A stretch of DNA of 64,000 nucleotides from Escherichia phage LH2, in sequence record OQ378934.1; one strand, written 5' to 3'. The position numbers were made by a program, and so were the translations under genes. Positions 47,287 through 58,378 of this stretch are shown here, one piece after another. The notes under the pieces were generated by a model that was not told where the DNA came from, made no database searches, and worked only from the letters and a program-made list of their open reading frames with translations. The stretch's first letter is position 1. Every line of letters starts with the position of its first letter.

Positions 47287-49094
47287 TATGCAATCCTTAT
47301 CCAACGATAAACTGTAATATATGGTTGAATGTTAGTTATTGATGTTGGCGGAGTGTGAGTAGAGTTAGTAGATGCTTTAGCTTCACGGTATTTCGTGTAA
47401 ACTGGACCGGATTCATCTGGATCGTATTGACATCCACCAACAATGACTGATCCATTTTCATCAACTATTAGAACTTCTTCATCTGTTTCAGTTGCAGGAA
47501 GATTAGCATTTTCCAATGTAACAGAAGTAGAACCACCTGTTCCACCTGCAGTATGTGAAGGATTTCCACCCGAATCTAAATCGTTGTTATTTAGAGCAAA
47601 GTTAGGGTCCGAAATATCTTCATTCCATCCAACTAAAACTTTTCCTTGCCCAAATAATTTCCATGAGCCGAATCCCATATATGTAACAGGGTTATTTGGA
47701 TTAACAGCGTTTTCATATATAGTTCCGATAGGATAAATCGTATCAAAGATATTTGAAACAGCGTTAAATTCGCGTTGATAGGATTGAACTGCTTCTACAT
47801 TTGGCCAACCAATTTTATCGAAGTCTGTTAAATTTACATCGCCAGAAATATCTACTCCTGGTCCTTGCGATACATAGAGATTATCAGTTTCATCAATAAT
47901 CTCATCTTTTGTTAATAATGTGCCTAAATCATTATTAAACCAGGTGATATTGATAATGTCGCCATGCTCAAATACTCTATCGAAATGTAAAATTTCTGGT
48001 ATGCCGTTTTCATCAGTTTCAATTGAATAATCGGTATGAGATTGTTCCCAAGTTCCACCTAAAACAGAGCATTCTACTTCGTCGTCTGAATCAGCACCAA
48101 CACAATGAAATAATGGCATTCCAACTGTTCCAGCCAATTCTTGTAAAATTCCATTAAAACGGACCTCAAGAGAATTAGGATTAATAGGTTCACCTGGAAT
48201 TAATCCAAAAGCTGAAAATGGAATTGATTTCATTGTTGATAAATCAGTAACGTAAATGCTTCCTTCTAAAGAAGTTTTTGACGTTAATTTTGAATCTAAC
48301 AATCTAATTTGACGTCTTGTATATGAACTTCTCCATTGTGATACACCATCCATAAATGTTTCAATTTGAACAGTGTCACCAATATTACAAGGCTGTCTTA
48401 ATCGAATATTAAATCCATCAAGAGGAACTAGTTCTCCTTCATTTTCGCCCGGAGAGCCAAAATCGCTGTTTTCACTAAATACATCGCCATAATACAATTC
48501 GTTACCACGATGTTTTACTCTGATGTTATTTACATTATAGCTAGTTCCACGGAAAACATCTAAAAAGTCTGTTTGTCCTTGGACTTCAACTAAAAATTCT
48601 TTACGAGCTACATTACTAATGTCTGAACTGGTAATTTTGTCAATTTGCTTATTTTTGACATATTCCCAACGTCCTGGGGCGCAATACACTAATTCCAAAT
48701 CACTGAATTGAACATTAATTTCAACTGGTACTGCAGACCCTTTAATCGTATCACCAGAAGCAGCTACTAATGTAACTGGGTTGACGTTCCATGTAGCAAA
48801 TACGTCTCTAGCTCTAATTACCTTGTTGTAATCATTAACTGTTCCTTTTGGAAGATTTATAGTCACTCTTCCAGAAGAGGTATTAATAGCGTATGATTTT
48901 CCCCATTCAGCTTTTAGTGTTTGCCCAGATGAAGCATCATAAGTTTTCCAGGCACCAGCTGAATATGGAACGTCTCCATCACCGAGCTCGTAATAAAGCT
49001 CATCAAAGTTTTCATTTATTTTTATACCACCTTTACGCAGGTAGTCACCGGTACCATCATCTACAACATTACCGATATTAATATTTTGTTTCAT
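47286..49094 (-). CDS. 10: Baseplate wedge protein gp10, 602 aa
   Basis: Size and synteny. Confidence 0.85.
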   Translation of the reverse strand: MKQNINIGNVVDDGTGDYLRKGGIKINENFDELYYELGDGDVPYSAGAWKTYDASSGQTLKAEWGKSYAINTSSGRVTINLPKGTVNDYNKVIRARDVFATWNVNPVTLVAASGDTIKGSAVPVEINVQFSDLELVYCAPGRWEYVKNKQIDKITSSDISNVARKEFLVEVQGQTDFLDVFRGTSYNVNNIRVKHRGNELYYGDVFSENSDFGSPGENEGELVPLDGFNIRLRQPCNIGDTVQIETFMDGVSQWRSSYTRRQIRLLDSKLTSKTSLEGSIYVTDLSTMKSIPFSAFGLIPGEPINPNSLEVRFNGILQELAGTVGMPLFHCVGADSDDEVECSVLGGTWEQSHTDYSIETDENGIPEILHFDRVFEHGDIINITWFNNDLGTLLTKDEIIDETDNLYVSQGPGVDISGDVNLTDFDKIGWPNVEAVQSYQREFNAVSNIFDTIYPIGTIYENAVNPNNPVTYMGFGSWKLFGQGKVLVGWNEDISDPNFALNNNDLDSGGNPSHTAGGTGGSTSVTLENANLPATETDEEVLIVDENGSVIVGGCQYDPDESGPVYTKYREAKASTNSTHTPPTSITNIQPYITVYRWIRIA

Positions 49095-49960
49095 TATTGA
49101 GCCACCCCGATTTTCTGCGTAGCGATAACTTTAACTGCTGCTCTCATACCGACAGTTGAAGAACTTATAGTCGCCGTTACATAGTTTTCTTTAATACTAA
49201 ATGCAATATTAGCGATTTCGTCTTCTTCGGTTTCATTCCCAACTCGCATGACAGCATATTCAGAAGAAATGACCTCTGAATTGACAGTATCCACAAGAAT
49301 ATTTATTTCTGCCGTTTTAATTTTTCTTCCATCTACTGATTGGCACGTAACTAGCAATTTAGCCATATTGTATTCAGTACGATGAAATAGTGGAATATCA
49401 ACTGATCCGGATGTAGAAATATTCCATGTACCTTCAGCTGGTGATTCCTTTTGTCCAAACATACTTTCAATAGAATAATTCCAAACCGATGTAGAATTAT
49501 CAGATGAAATACAGCGTAAAGTTACTTTACTATATGGGCTAGTTACTACCAAATTACCTGAAACGCCTTTAATTGAATCAATAGCTTGAATTGTCAAAGG
49601 ATTAGTAACTGATATTGATCCATTAGAGTTAATGAATTCAACACAGTCGCCAAGTTCGCCTCTTTCAATGATAACTTTAACACCTACAGTAGAGGTATCA
49701 ATATCATGCCTAGTGCCAACTTTTACTGGAGTTGCATACTCTGCGATAGTGTGTTTTTGATAATATCCAGTAGCATGGATAATTTGACCATCTGCTCCAG
49801 TGCCATTTGCTACTGCCATTTTACGCTGATCGCCAAACGCATTATAAATTGCGTTAAAATCACTATTAATTTTATTACCACCGTCGAATAAGATATCACC
49901 AGTAGAAGCGTTACCAATTTCGCCGGTATCAATCAATTTCTTTGGTTCTTGAATGAACAT
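49094..49960 (-). CDS. 9: Baseplate wedge protein gp9 (long tail fibre socket), 288 aa
   Basis: Size and synteny. Confidence 0.85.
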   Translation of the reverse strand: MFIQEPKKLIDTGEIGNASTGDILFDGGNKINSDFNAIYNAFGDQRKMAVANGTGADGQIIHATGYYQKHTIAEYATPVKVGTRHDIDTSTVGVKVIIERGELGDCVEFINSNGSISVTNPLTIQAIDSIKGVSGNLVVTSPYSKVTLRCISSDNSTSVWNYSIESMFGQKESPAEGTWNISTSGSVDIPLFHRTEYNMAKLLVTCQSVDGRKIKTAEINILVDTVNSEVISSEYAVMRVGNETEEDEIANIAFSIKENYVTATISSSTVGMRAAVKVIATQKIGVAQ

Positions 49961-49984
49961 AGCGGTTTCCTTATGAGTTTATAG

Positions 49985-50020
49985 TATTTATAAAGAAAAA
50001 GGGAGCCCATGGGCTCCCTT
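49985..50020 (-). terminator. Terminator hairpin after gene 8 (aagggagccc-atgggctccctt) followed on the minus strand by late promoter TATAAATA (49985-49992) for gene 9
   Basis: Perfect 10 bp palindromic stem; reverse complement of tatttata immediately downstream. Confidence 0.55.
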
Positions 50021-50023
50021 AAT

Positions 50024-51028
50024 TTAAAATGTAAACAGAATATTGATTTCTTCTGTTTGATCCATTGCCATGATAATAGGTGGCCTATTTTCCATATAAA
50101 TCATTTCGCCCGAATGCCTCATTAAATCTTCCGGATCATAATAATCCTTTTCAGCTTTAACGTTTGGGTCATTTGGATGAGCTTTAGCTTCAAGAGGATT
50201 CGTGATTATTGATATTTGTCTAAATCCTTTATTTCCTGGCAATGCAGCTTCAGGAAAATAAACTGAATCTAAATATGCTTTAAAACGGATAGTATTTGCC
50301 TTAACACGGTAAATTAATCCAAAATCATCTTGTTGCCAAGTGAGATTATCTTCATACCCCCATCTAGTCGGGTCTTCTTTTAATTCCTCAGGCCAAGGAA
50401 CCACGATATATTCATTTGTGCATCTATTTATAGATACATCAGGCGGAATCTCAAATAGATATTCCCACACATACCCGTCTCCTGGTTCAATTGTTCCTTC
50501 AGCATCTCCTCGGCCTTCAGGCGGAGTCATTGACCTAGCAGAAGGAGTCCATTTTCCACCTAACTTAAGGCATTCATCTTTATCAGTTAAAGATGCGATT
50601 GAACACATTCCGGTATCAGGAACATCTAAACAGCGATATACTAACCAGCCTGCGCCTGATTCAGTAGCGTTGTAAGGAGCTGAGTTACACACTACAATGT
50701 CATTAATTCTAAATGTGTATGGATCAGGATATCGAGTATCTCCCCAATCTCTACGAGGAATAACTGCATCAAGCATTGATGGAAGAACTTTTACTGTTCC
50801 CATCATATGCGTCCACATGTCAGTTACACCTAATACAGAATCAGTGGGATAAGGCGGGGCAAAGCCCGCCTCATTTTCATTTGATGACCACGGTTCTGAT
50901 CTTCCAAATGTGATAAAGATAGTGTTTTTATCCGGACCACTTCCAATTGAATTATAAAAATTCAACATTTTTTCTGTTCTAAATTTTGAAGTAACTATCG
51001 CACGATAGATAACACTTGAATCATTCAT
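50024..51028 (-). CDS. 8: Baseplate wedge protein gp8, 334 aa
   Basis: Size and synteny. Confidence 0.85.
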   Translation of the reverse strand: MNDSSVIYRAIVTSKFRTEKMLNFYNSIGSGPDKNTIFITFGRSEPWSSNENEAGFAPPYPTDSVLGVTDMWTHMMGTVKVLPSMLDAVIPRRDWGDTRYPDPYTFRINDIVVCNSAPYNATESGAGWLVYRCLDVPDTGMCSIASLTDKDECLKLGGKWTPSARSMTPPEGRGDAEGTIEPGDGYVWEYLFEIPPDVSINRCTNEYIVVPWPEELKEDPTRWGYEDNLTWQQDDFGLIYRVKANTIRFKAYLDSVYFPEAALPGNKGFRQISIITNPLEAKAHPNDPNVKAEKDYYDPEDLMRHSGEMIYMENRPPIIMAMDQTEEINILFTF

Positions 51029-54000
51029 CTATTTTAACCTGTGTTGGATTTTCAGGGTCTCTTGGATTTCCTATATTATCTTTTAGACGTTTATTAACTA
51101 AATCTCTAAATTGCGCAAATGTTGTTCCAGATGCATCAAATAAAGGACTCATTAATTTACGTCGTTCAGACGGCAATTGACCTTGAAATATTGAATTATT
51201 ATTTTCAGCATTATAGTCATCAGGAAGAGGATATTTTACGCCAGCCATTGGGCCAGGCTCATAAATTGCTTCGCCTGTTACTGAATCATGCTCAATTTCG
51301 CCAGTTGGAGTCAATTTAGCTACTCTATCAGCGTATTCAGTAGGCAATCCAGAATCCCATTTATAGTTTTTGTATTTATTAATTATAGTCTCTGTATGTT
51401 TAAGAGTTAAACCGACATTAATAAACATTGTTAAAAGGGTAATTGCTATAAATCCAAATCCTACTGGATGAACAAAACGAATAACGTCAGATTTCCAGCG
51501 GGAAGAAGGTAAATTGGATTTAATTTTCATTACATAGTATGATCTACTTCTATTAATATAGTCTATATTGTTTTGAAGCAAATCCTTTCCTTTAACGCCA
51601 CGAATAATTTCGCCTTCAAAACCAGGGAGTCTTTCTGCTTTAACTTCTTGACCAGCAATTAATCGTCCCAAAAGATTATGAATAGTTACGGTCCATTGCA
51701 ATTTACCATTAGAATAGCTTCTTTCTATATAAGTAACATTACATCTTCCTGTAGCTGTATAAATCGTTTGTCCTACTAAGTCTTCAGTCAAAGAATCAGA
51801 TTGAACGATTATATCATATTCAGTACCAGCCCCAGATTCAATTTCAATTTCAACCTCTTCATTATAAAGAACTTTAAAAAGAAATTTGTATGATGCTTCA
51901 ATTCCTTTAGTTGAATAAAAATCATAGCTACGTGATTCGAAAAATCTTGCAACAGCATCACGTTTGTCAGCATTTAAATAAATGTTTCTTTTATATATCT
52001 CTGACCACAAATATTCCCACGCATGCTCTTCTCGTGGATATTTGTTACGAATTAAATTTCGTAAATTATTATACTGAGTTCCATATCCATCAGAAAGATA
52101 TTGAATATATGCTTCGCAAAATGCCTCAAAATTCGAATCCTGTAACAAATAAGAATCAGGCATCATTGTGCCAATCAATGGTCTTAAATCAGGGTCAGCT
52201 AATCCACGCTCTTCTTCAGGCGACCAAGGGGTTTCATGCTCTTGGTTTTGTAAAAATGCTTTTAAAAATACTTCAGTTGGCTTCCAAATAATTTCTACTG
52301 TATCTCTCACACGATAGTTAAAATCATAGTAAGAAATTATTTCACCAGAAGCTTTATAGAAAAGCATCCCAGATGCATATTTTTTAAATCCAGTGAATTT
52401 AACATTTGGCATTACTATCGTGCAATCGCCATCGTCCCAATATTCATGAACTAATCTATCTGGTGATGTTTCCGGAATATTTTCTATAACTTTAGTGTAT
52501 TTTAAATCAGCATAAACTACTACAACCCTATCAGAGTTGTTTATCCAACAACGTGTGTTAGATTTTTTAGACCAGTTAAAGAATGGTTCAGCGTAGTATT
52601 TCATCGGCTGAGGAGTAAAAGTTTCCCAATCAGACTTTTCATCTGCTATAAATGCCATCATATGATAATGCTTATCAGCTAGCCATTCACGAGGAAATTC
52701 ATATTTAACAGCGCCAATTAACTGGTATTTTGCTGCAGTTTCAGGGTCATTAACAACATTATCACTTAAAAATTTAAAATTACTCGAAGACAGAGAAACT
52801 AATTTACCGTCAGTTGACATATTCGCATATCCGGGTTGAATACGTCTTCTTTCTTCTTCGGTATTACCAAAAACTCTTTTCCATGTTTTTTCGTCATGAT
52901 TTAAAACATATATTCCTTTATCAGCGGAATCAATTATTTTTGATGTTCTAGGATTAGCATTTAATGTTTCAACTTCACCAATAATAAGAGCAAAAACTTT
53001 ATCACCAACAGAATCCATTTTATAGCATACTGCTTTAGGATTTCCGGTTATAGTCATTGTGTCAGGTTCAAAAAGTCTTTCCGAATATGTTGGAGATAAT
53101 GGGTCAGAATCTATAGGTGCATTACTCGTTTTTATGTATCTAACTTTGTCTCTGGCTACAACGTAAATGTAATCATCGGTGCAAGTAATAGCTTCTGCAA
53201 TGCGGTATACATTCGCTGGCAAAGTCGCGTAAGTGGCAAAAATTTCTACATCAAATCCTAAATGTAACTGGTCGCCAAGTTTAGCAAATGTTATATCCTG
53301 TGAACTGAATCTGACATCATCTGCTGACCATCTAACGTCAGTCGATTTACGGCCATAGAAGACCTTGTCGTATCCTAGAACGTATGTTGTGTTCGCAGAT
53401 TGGTAATATACAGTCTTAGATAAAGGATATCCTACGCGGTCATTGAAGAGCTTTACGGCTTTCCAGGTTTGTCCTTTATCATTAGATACTTTAACTACGG
53501 GTTGATAGCGCTCAAAAAGATATAGAATCCCTTCTGATTCCATCAAATAAACTCGGTTAATATCCTTACATACTTGCTGAATAGAACCTTGTATTTCATG
53601 ATACTCATTTTCACCAATAATAAAATTACTTATTGATGAAACATCAACATACGATGGGCTGAATTGAAATGATTCATTCATCAATGCAGCCATTATAGTG
53701 TCATTATTAAAATTAACATAATCAGAATTATTAAGAGTAAATTTTTCCTGAATGAATTTATTAGCTAATTGCATTTCAATCATGTTTTGAAATGTATAAG
53801 CATTTGTAGCAAAAGTTTCAAACTCTTCTGTATAAACCCAATCAGATTGCTCAAAATCTTGTACAGCTGTAGCTACTCTAATGATGTATGATGTTAGTGG
53901 ATCAGCATCATCAAAAAAGAAACTATTATTTGCTGTATATCCTAAATTAATCCAACGATATTGATCGCTCGGGAGATTTTCCCCCGAGTCTGTTTTTGTC

Positions 54001-54119
54001 TCAGCGATTTCTACAAAATAGTAGAAATTAGCACCAACGTCATCCCAGCGTACTTGCACCTGATTTGCGGATAACTTGGAAATTCTGAGACTAGTGACTG
54101 AAGGTGCTTTTACTGCCAT
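51021..54119 (-). CDS. 7: Baseplate wedge protein gp7, 1032 aa
   Basis: Size and synteny. Confidence 0.9.
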   Translation of the reverse strand: MAVKAPSVTSLRISKLSANQVQVRWDDVGANFYYFVEIAETKTDSGENLPSDQYRWINLGYTANNSFFFDDADPLTSYIIRVATAVQDFEQSDWVYTEEFETFATNAYTFQNMIEMQLANKFIQEKFTLNNSDYVNFNNDTIMAALMNESFQFSPSYVDVSSISNFIIGENEYHEIQGSIQQVCKDINRVYLMESEGILYLFERYQPVVKVSNDKGQTWKAVKLFNDRVGYPLSKTVYYQSANTTYVLGYDKVFYGRKSTDVRWSADDVRFSSQDITFAKLGDQLHLGFDVEIFATYATLPANVYRIAEAITCTDDYIYVVARDKVRYIKTSNAPIDSDPLSPTYSERLFEPDTMTITGNPKAVCYKMDSVGDKVFALIIGEVETLNANPRTSKIIDSADKGIYVLNHDEKTWKRVFGNTEEERRRIQPGYANMSTDGKLVSLSSSNFKFLSDNVVNDPETAAKYQLIGAVKYEFPREWLADKHYHMMAFIADEKSDWETFTPQPMKYYAEPFFNWSKKSNTRCWINNSDRVVVVYADLKYTKVIENIPETSPDRLVHEYWDDGDCTIVMPNVKFTGFKKYASGMLFYKASGEIISYYDFNYRVRDTVEIIWKPTEVFLKAFLQNQEHETPWSPEEERGLADPDLRPLIGTMMPDSYLLQDSNFEAFCEAYIQYLSDGYGTQYNNLRNLIRNKYPREEHAWEYLWSEIYKRNIYLNADKRDAVARFFESRSYDFYSTKGIEASYKFLFKVLYNEEVEIEIESGAGTEYDIIVQSDSLTEDLVGQTIYTATGRCNVTYIERSYSNGKLQWTVTIHNLLGRLIAGQEVKAERLPGFEGEIIRGVKGKDLLQNNIDYINRSRSYYVMKIKSNLPSSRWKSDVIRFVHPVGFGFIAITLLTMFINVGLTLKHTETIINKYKNYKWDSGLPTEYADRVAKLTPTGEIEHDSVTGEAIYEPGPMAGVKYPLPDDYNAENNNSIFQGQLPSERRKLMSPLFDASGTTFAQFRDLVNKRLKDNIGNPRDPENPTQVKIDE

Positions 54120-56098
54120 TGTGATATAGGCTCCAAATCGATAGTTAAGTATTGTGGACGTAAGTCATTTTCAAATACAATCAGTGAACCATCGCGAGTA
54201 AAGATAACATCATCGGTTGGGTCAGAATATAATTCAATAGTCTGAACTTCAAATTTTTCAGATGTTAAATTAATTTTAGCGATATTCCAATAAATCACAT
54301 CAGCTGGATAATTTATTTCACCGATAACATAGTATTTGTCGCGTCCATCAGAATTTGCTAATTTGTTAAAATCATTGCCTGTATACGGCTGAATGTTTTC
54401 ATTTTCTGTAACATCGCCAGAAGCAAATGGACCAATAATAACTTTACCAATTCCTTTAGAATCTCGGTCTGTTGATACTATACGAACGTCATATAATACA
54501 TCTTCTTCTAAACCAGTATCAGGATTTACAACCTTTCGTCCAGAATTAAATGAAAACGTATTAGATTCCATAGAACGATCTTTTATTTGATTATTGTATT
54601 TAATACCTGCTTCAGGCGTTTTATAGAAGTTTTGTACTTCACGAACAATTTGAATTGTCGCTGATGAACCAATGATAGAATGATCTGCATCATCTACATA
54701 TGTCAACATCTTAGACTTAGCAAAAGACGAGTTAAAAATTTCTACATCTTCGGTATAATAACGATCAATTTTATCAATTATTTGACCTTCGAGCCACTGT
54801 TCGGATTCTTGCAGTTTATTTAAAGCATATGTGACTTTTAAATTAGTCTTAATAAAAAGATAATTAGGAGAAATAATTGATGGCGTAATAGGAGCTAAAT
54901 TATAGTCTTTGAGATAATTTTTAATATCTTCACGTTGCACAGTAGTTAAATACAATCCTGATTTAGGTTTAGCAGCAATAAATGCATACCCAGGTTTAGT
55001 AGAATCAGTGAAAGTCTGAACAGCTTGAATAATAGAACCAAATCTCTCTGAAACAAATGTATCGTAGTCAGTCGCAGTTACGCAGCGTTGCTGGGTTTCG
55101 CGTTTAATAGTACCCAATTCGCGAATACGCTCAATATCTTCTGGATCACCGCCGCCATCTGCTCCGACAAAATCTGGGTCGTCGTTTGGATTTTCATTAA
55201 TATTGATGACAGTTATATTTGTTAATGTATCTGCATATGAAAATCCGACTGCGCCATTCGCATCAGCGCCATTAGTACTGATGTATTCAATAACAATCGT
55301 AGAGTTCTGAGTAGGTTTAAGACCTCCGATATAATTAGCGGTCAAAGCTCCTTCAGAAGCATTAACAGAAATTTCACCTTCACCAAAATAGAATTCAGTG
55401 TTTCCATCAATAGTTTCACGCATATAGTAAATCGTTGATGTTGAACCAGCATGAACCATTGACTTTCTCGTCCAGTTAATCCATTCCGCTCCATCAACAT
55501 ATAATTTAACCTGGTTTCTATCAATATTTTTATCATAAATGATAATAGGTGTTAATTTATCATAAATGATTTCAGTTCTTACTATACGTCCCTGGGCCAA
55601 TTTTAAACGTGGAAAATATTGGTTATTTTTATCACGAATAGCAATAACGTCTTCGGTAGAAACGAAGTTATATGGATTAACAGAAGTATCTTTTGCATAT
55701 GCTAAAAAGCGAGTTCCGCGAGGAATAGTAATGTAATTCCTATTCAATGCGTCGGTGCATGTTAACATAATTTCGGTCTGCGCAGCGGATTTTGAAGTAG
55801 GTAAATATCCGTTATCTTGTGCAGCTTGAACAACTGAACTTCGTAAGTTAGCAGTACGCATAAAGCTTTCATACACAGCAGCATTACCAAACTGCTGAAT
55901 GTACAACGTATTATAAGCCAAAAGGTCACACAGAACGTTTAATCTTGAGCCTTCAAAATCATAATCCAAAAATTCATTTTGGCCATTAAGCCATTCAATG
56001 AGGTTTTGTTTTATTTCAGCAAACGTACCCCCGACGAATATCTCGGGAATAGCATTTGCTGTTCTTGTTAATTGATAATTTACAGGGGTATTTGCCAT
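54110..56098 (-). CDS. 6: Baseplate wedge protein gp6, about 660 aa
   Basis: Size and synteny. Confidence 0.9.
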   Translation of the reverse strand: MANTPVNYQLTRTANAIPEIFVGGTFAEIKQNLIEWLNGQNEFLDYDFEGSRLNVLCDLLAYNTLYIQQFGNAAVYESFMRTANLRSSVVQAAQDNGYLPTSKSAAQTEIMLTCTDALNRNYITIPRGTRFLAYAKDTSVNPYNFVSTEDVIAIRDKNNQYFPRLKLAQGRIVRTEIIYDKLTPIIIYDKNIDRNQVKLYVDGAEWINWTRKSMVHAGSTSTIYYMRETIDGNTEFYFGEGEISVNASEGALTANYIGGLKPTQNSTIVIEYISTNGADANGAVGFSYADTLTNITVININENPNDDPDFVGADGGGDPEDIERIRELGTIKRETQQRCVTATDYDTFVSERFGSIIQAVQTFTDSTKPGYAFIAAKPKSGLYLTTVQREDIKNYLKDYNLAPITPSIISPNYLFIKTNLKVTYALNKLQESEQWLEGQIIDKIDRYYTEDVEIFNSSFAKSKMLTYVDDADHSIIGSSATIQIVREVQNFYKTPEAGIKYNNQIKDRSMESNTFSFNSGRKVVNPDTGLEEDVLYDVRIVSTDRDSKGIGKVIIGPFASGDVTENENIQPYTGNDFNKLANSDGRDKYYVIGEINYPADVIYWNIAKINLTSEKFEVQTIELYSDPTDDVIFTRDGSLIVFENDLRPQYLTIDLEPISQWQ

Positions 56099-56106
56099 TT
56101 TAAATC

Positions 56107-56400
56107 CTATTTAATGAATACTTTAGATGATGCCTGAGCCACAGTATCACCGCATGATATTGGATCAGCCATTTGAACAGCTTTCTTTCCAGTGACATAT
56201 ACCTTAGAAGTTCTAGGTTGTGTCACTCCGCCATGTGTTTCATACGGCTTTTTAATTTCTGTATGTTCTGTAATTGGATCACCTGCTACGAGAACAGCAA
56301 TTCCTCCGGTGAATACTTTACTTTGTGTGGCATTCACAACTGTTGGAGGCCATGCTTCATGGCCAGCAGTAACACACTTATCGTAACTTAATCCTGACAT
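56107..56400 (-). CDS. 5.4: gp5.4, PAAR-repeat spike-tip protein, 97 aa
   Basis: 97 aa ORF immediately upstream of gene 6; Cys/His-containing beta-rich sequence consistent with PAAR fold. Confidence 0.6.
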
Positions 56401-56978
56401 TTATAATACCCCGCTTTAACTCGCCCCTTTAAGGTACTATAATTTATATTAAGAGCTTTAGCTGCGATTTTAATACTTTTATATAAAACGCCGTTGATAA
56501 TAATAGATTTAGCATTAGGGGCTATTTTGCCATACATTGGGTTATTGGCGCCGCACATCTTCGGAGTTTTACCTCTAGGCCCTCTAGGCCCTCTTTTTCT
56601 AGACGATTTAATGCTAATTTTCAATCTAGTTTCACGCGAATGAGATTTACCGTAAAATCCATTTTTAACACCCGCTGTGCTATGTTTTGGGAAGCCACCG
56701 ATACCACCTAGTTTCATATTATAAGTTTTCTCAGATTTAACAAATTCCTCTGTGACTATTTCTGCCTCTGCGTCATACATAGCTTTTTCAGATTCAAAGA
56801 ATTTTATAATATGCTTATAAAAATTATCTATGCCATATTTTTTAATGGCATTTTTAATGGCAACGCCAGAACCCATATACCCATCATCCAAATTTGAAGT
56901 TTTATGGACACCTACATAAATTTTTCCCGTTGTTTTATTAGTTATTGAATACAAATAAAAATATTTATGGCCTCTCAT
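56388..56978 (-). CDS. GIY-YIG homing endonuclease (Seg family, possibly SegC), 196 aa
   Basis: [22 protein letters not shown]...GYMGSG...E...NMKLGGIGG: GIY-YIG motifs plus basic C-terminal DNA-binding region. Confidence 0.7.
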
Positions 56979-57501
56979 ACACGTAGCTTCTCAATTTATT
57001 AGCCCAACGACTCCAATTTCCAACTATAGTTTTTGTGTAATTTTTAACAAGAGTTTTTCTTATTGGAGCTGGAGGATTCGTCGGTTCAGTAGTATCAGAA
57101 GATGACCTAGAATTACTGCCAGAACCTCCAGATTCGCTTTGTTCTTGGTAGTCATATATTAATGTTACTTCGTAAGTGAATGTCTTCTGGAGGTTTTGAG
57201 GAGCTTTCCATAGATATAACTGAGTATTAGAATCAGTTGGAAGGTCTTCCCATGAAGCAGCGGTTTTAAATTCATTATCTAAACGATATTTCAACGCATC
57301 ATTTCCAAATCCAAATACAGATTCATACGTTCCATATAAACGATTTTCTTCTACTAAAACCCCAGGAGTTTCTTCGTAACTAGTTATATTTATAGATACT
57401 AACGTTTCACCTGTTTCTAATTGAGCGGTAAAGGTGACGTCGATAGAAGAACCTTCCATGGATTCTCCTAAATCAGCGCTCATTGGAAGTATATTAGCCA
57501 A
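56965..57501 (-). CDS. 5.1: Hypothetical protein (gp5.1-like), 178 aa
   Basis: ORF between the two GIY-YIG genes; Ser/Gly-rich linker then basic C-terminus. Confidence 0.45.
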   Translation of the reverse strand: MANILPMSADLGESMEGSSIDVTFTAQLETGETLVSINITSYEETPGVLVEENRLYGTYESVFGFGNDALKYRLDNEFKTAASWEDLPTDSNTQLYLWKAPQNLQKTFTYEVTLIYDYQEQSESGGSGSNSRSSSDTTEPTNPPAPIRKTLVKNYTKTIVGNWSRWANKLRSYVYERP

Positions 57502-58360
57502 TTGTTGAATTCTCTAATGATGTAAATTTATAATCACATTTTTTCAACGCTTTTAAAATTGCGTTATAACTTACATCCGGGAGGTCGTGTTCAATTGCTT
57601 TTTCTCTAAACCATTTGTATTTCTGTGGATGTGGTTTTCCCAAATCCTCCCAAAGTTTTTTGACTTTTTCTATACTAATCCAAGGTTCAACTGATCTTAG
57701 TTTTTTATTTCTAGCATCTAATCTCGATTTTCTTATCAAAGGATCATTCCATGATTGTTTCGTTCCTTCTATTTTTCCTGGATGATTGATTAATTTGTTT
57801 CTATATTCATCGGATTTCCATAAAGATTTAACGGTATTAGAAATACGAATTTTTAATGTTGGATCATTTTCAAAAGCAGTTTTCATCGCATTACTCATTT
57901 TCTTTCTATATTCTGGCGATGCGCATCTTTCTTTGTTTATTTTAGATATTTTCTCTGAAAATTCTTTAGTTGACGTTGATTTAGCTAATGCCTTCAATTG
58001 AGCTTTCCTATATTCAGGATTAGACCACATTCTCTTCAAATCTTCGGATGAAAAACCATCACCGCCGGATTTTATATTGGTACATAGAATATCAGATGAT
58101 TTATATTTCGAAATCCAATATCTTTCTCTTGAATTGAGGATTTCATAAGTAGAAACAAATTCAATTATTTCAAAATCTATTTTATAACCAGGTTTATTAC
58201 GTATCTTTTTAATATAATCACCGGAACCTCTATACTTATCATTTTCTAAATCAAAATATCTAGATTCATGTTTACCAATATAAACCCGTACTAATCCTTT
58301 CGGATTAGTAACGGTTGTTTTATATATGTATCTAAATTGAACAGTGTTAGATTTTTTCAT
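57494..58360 (-). CDS. Second GIY-YIG endonuclease-like protein with repeated NUMOD-like C-terminal motifs, 288 aa
   Basis: FRYIYKTTVTNPKGLVRVYIGKHES...RGSGDY...E...NIKSGGDG; C-terminal repeats ...W(S/K)xPEYR(K/N).... Confidence 0.65.
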   Translation of the reverse strand: MKKSNTVQFRYIYKTTVTNPKGLVRVYIGKHESRYFDLENDKYRGSGDYIKKIRNKPGYKIDFEIIEFVSTYEILNSRERYWISKYKSSDILCTNIKSGGDGFSSEDLKRMWSNPEYRKAQLKALAKSTSTKEFSEKISKINKERCASPEYRKKMSNAMKTAFENDPTLKIRISNTVKSLWKSDEYRNKLINHPGKIEGTKQSWNDPLIRKSRLDARNKKLRSVEPWISIEKVKKLWEDLGKPHPQKYKWFREKAIEHDLPDVSYNAILKALKKCDYKFTSLENSTIG

Positions 58361-58378
58361 AATTCACCTCTGAATTAT

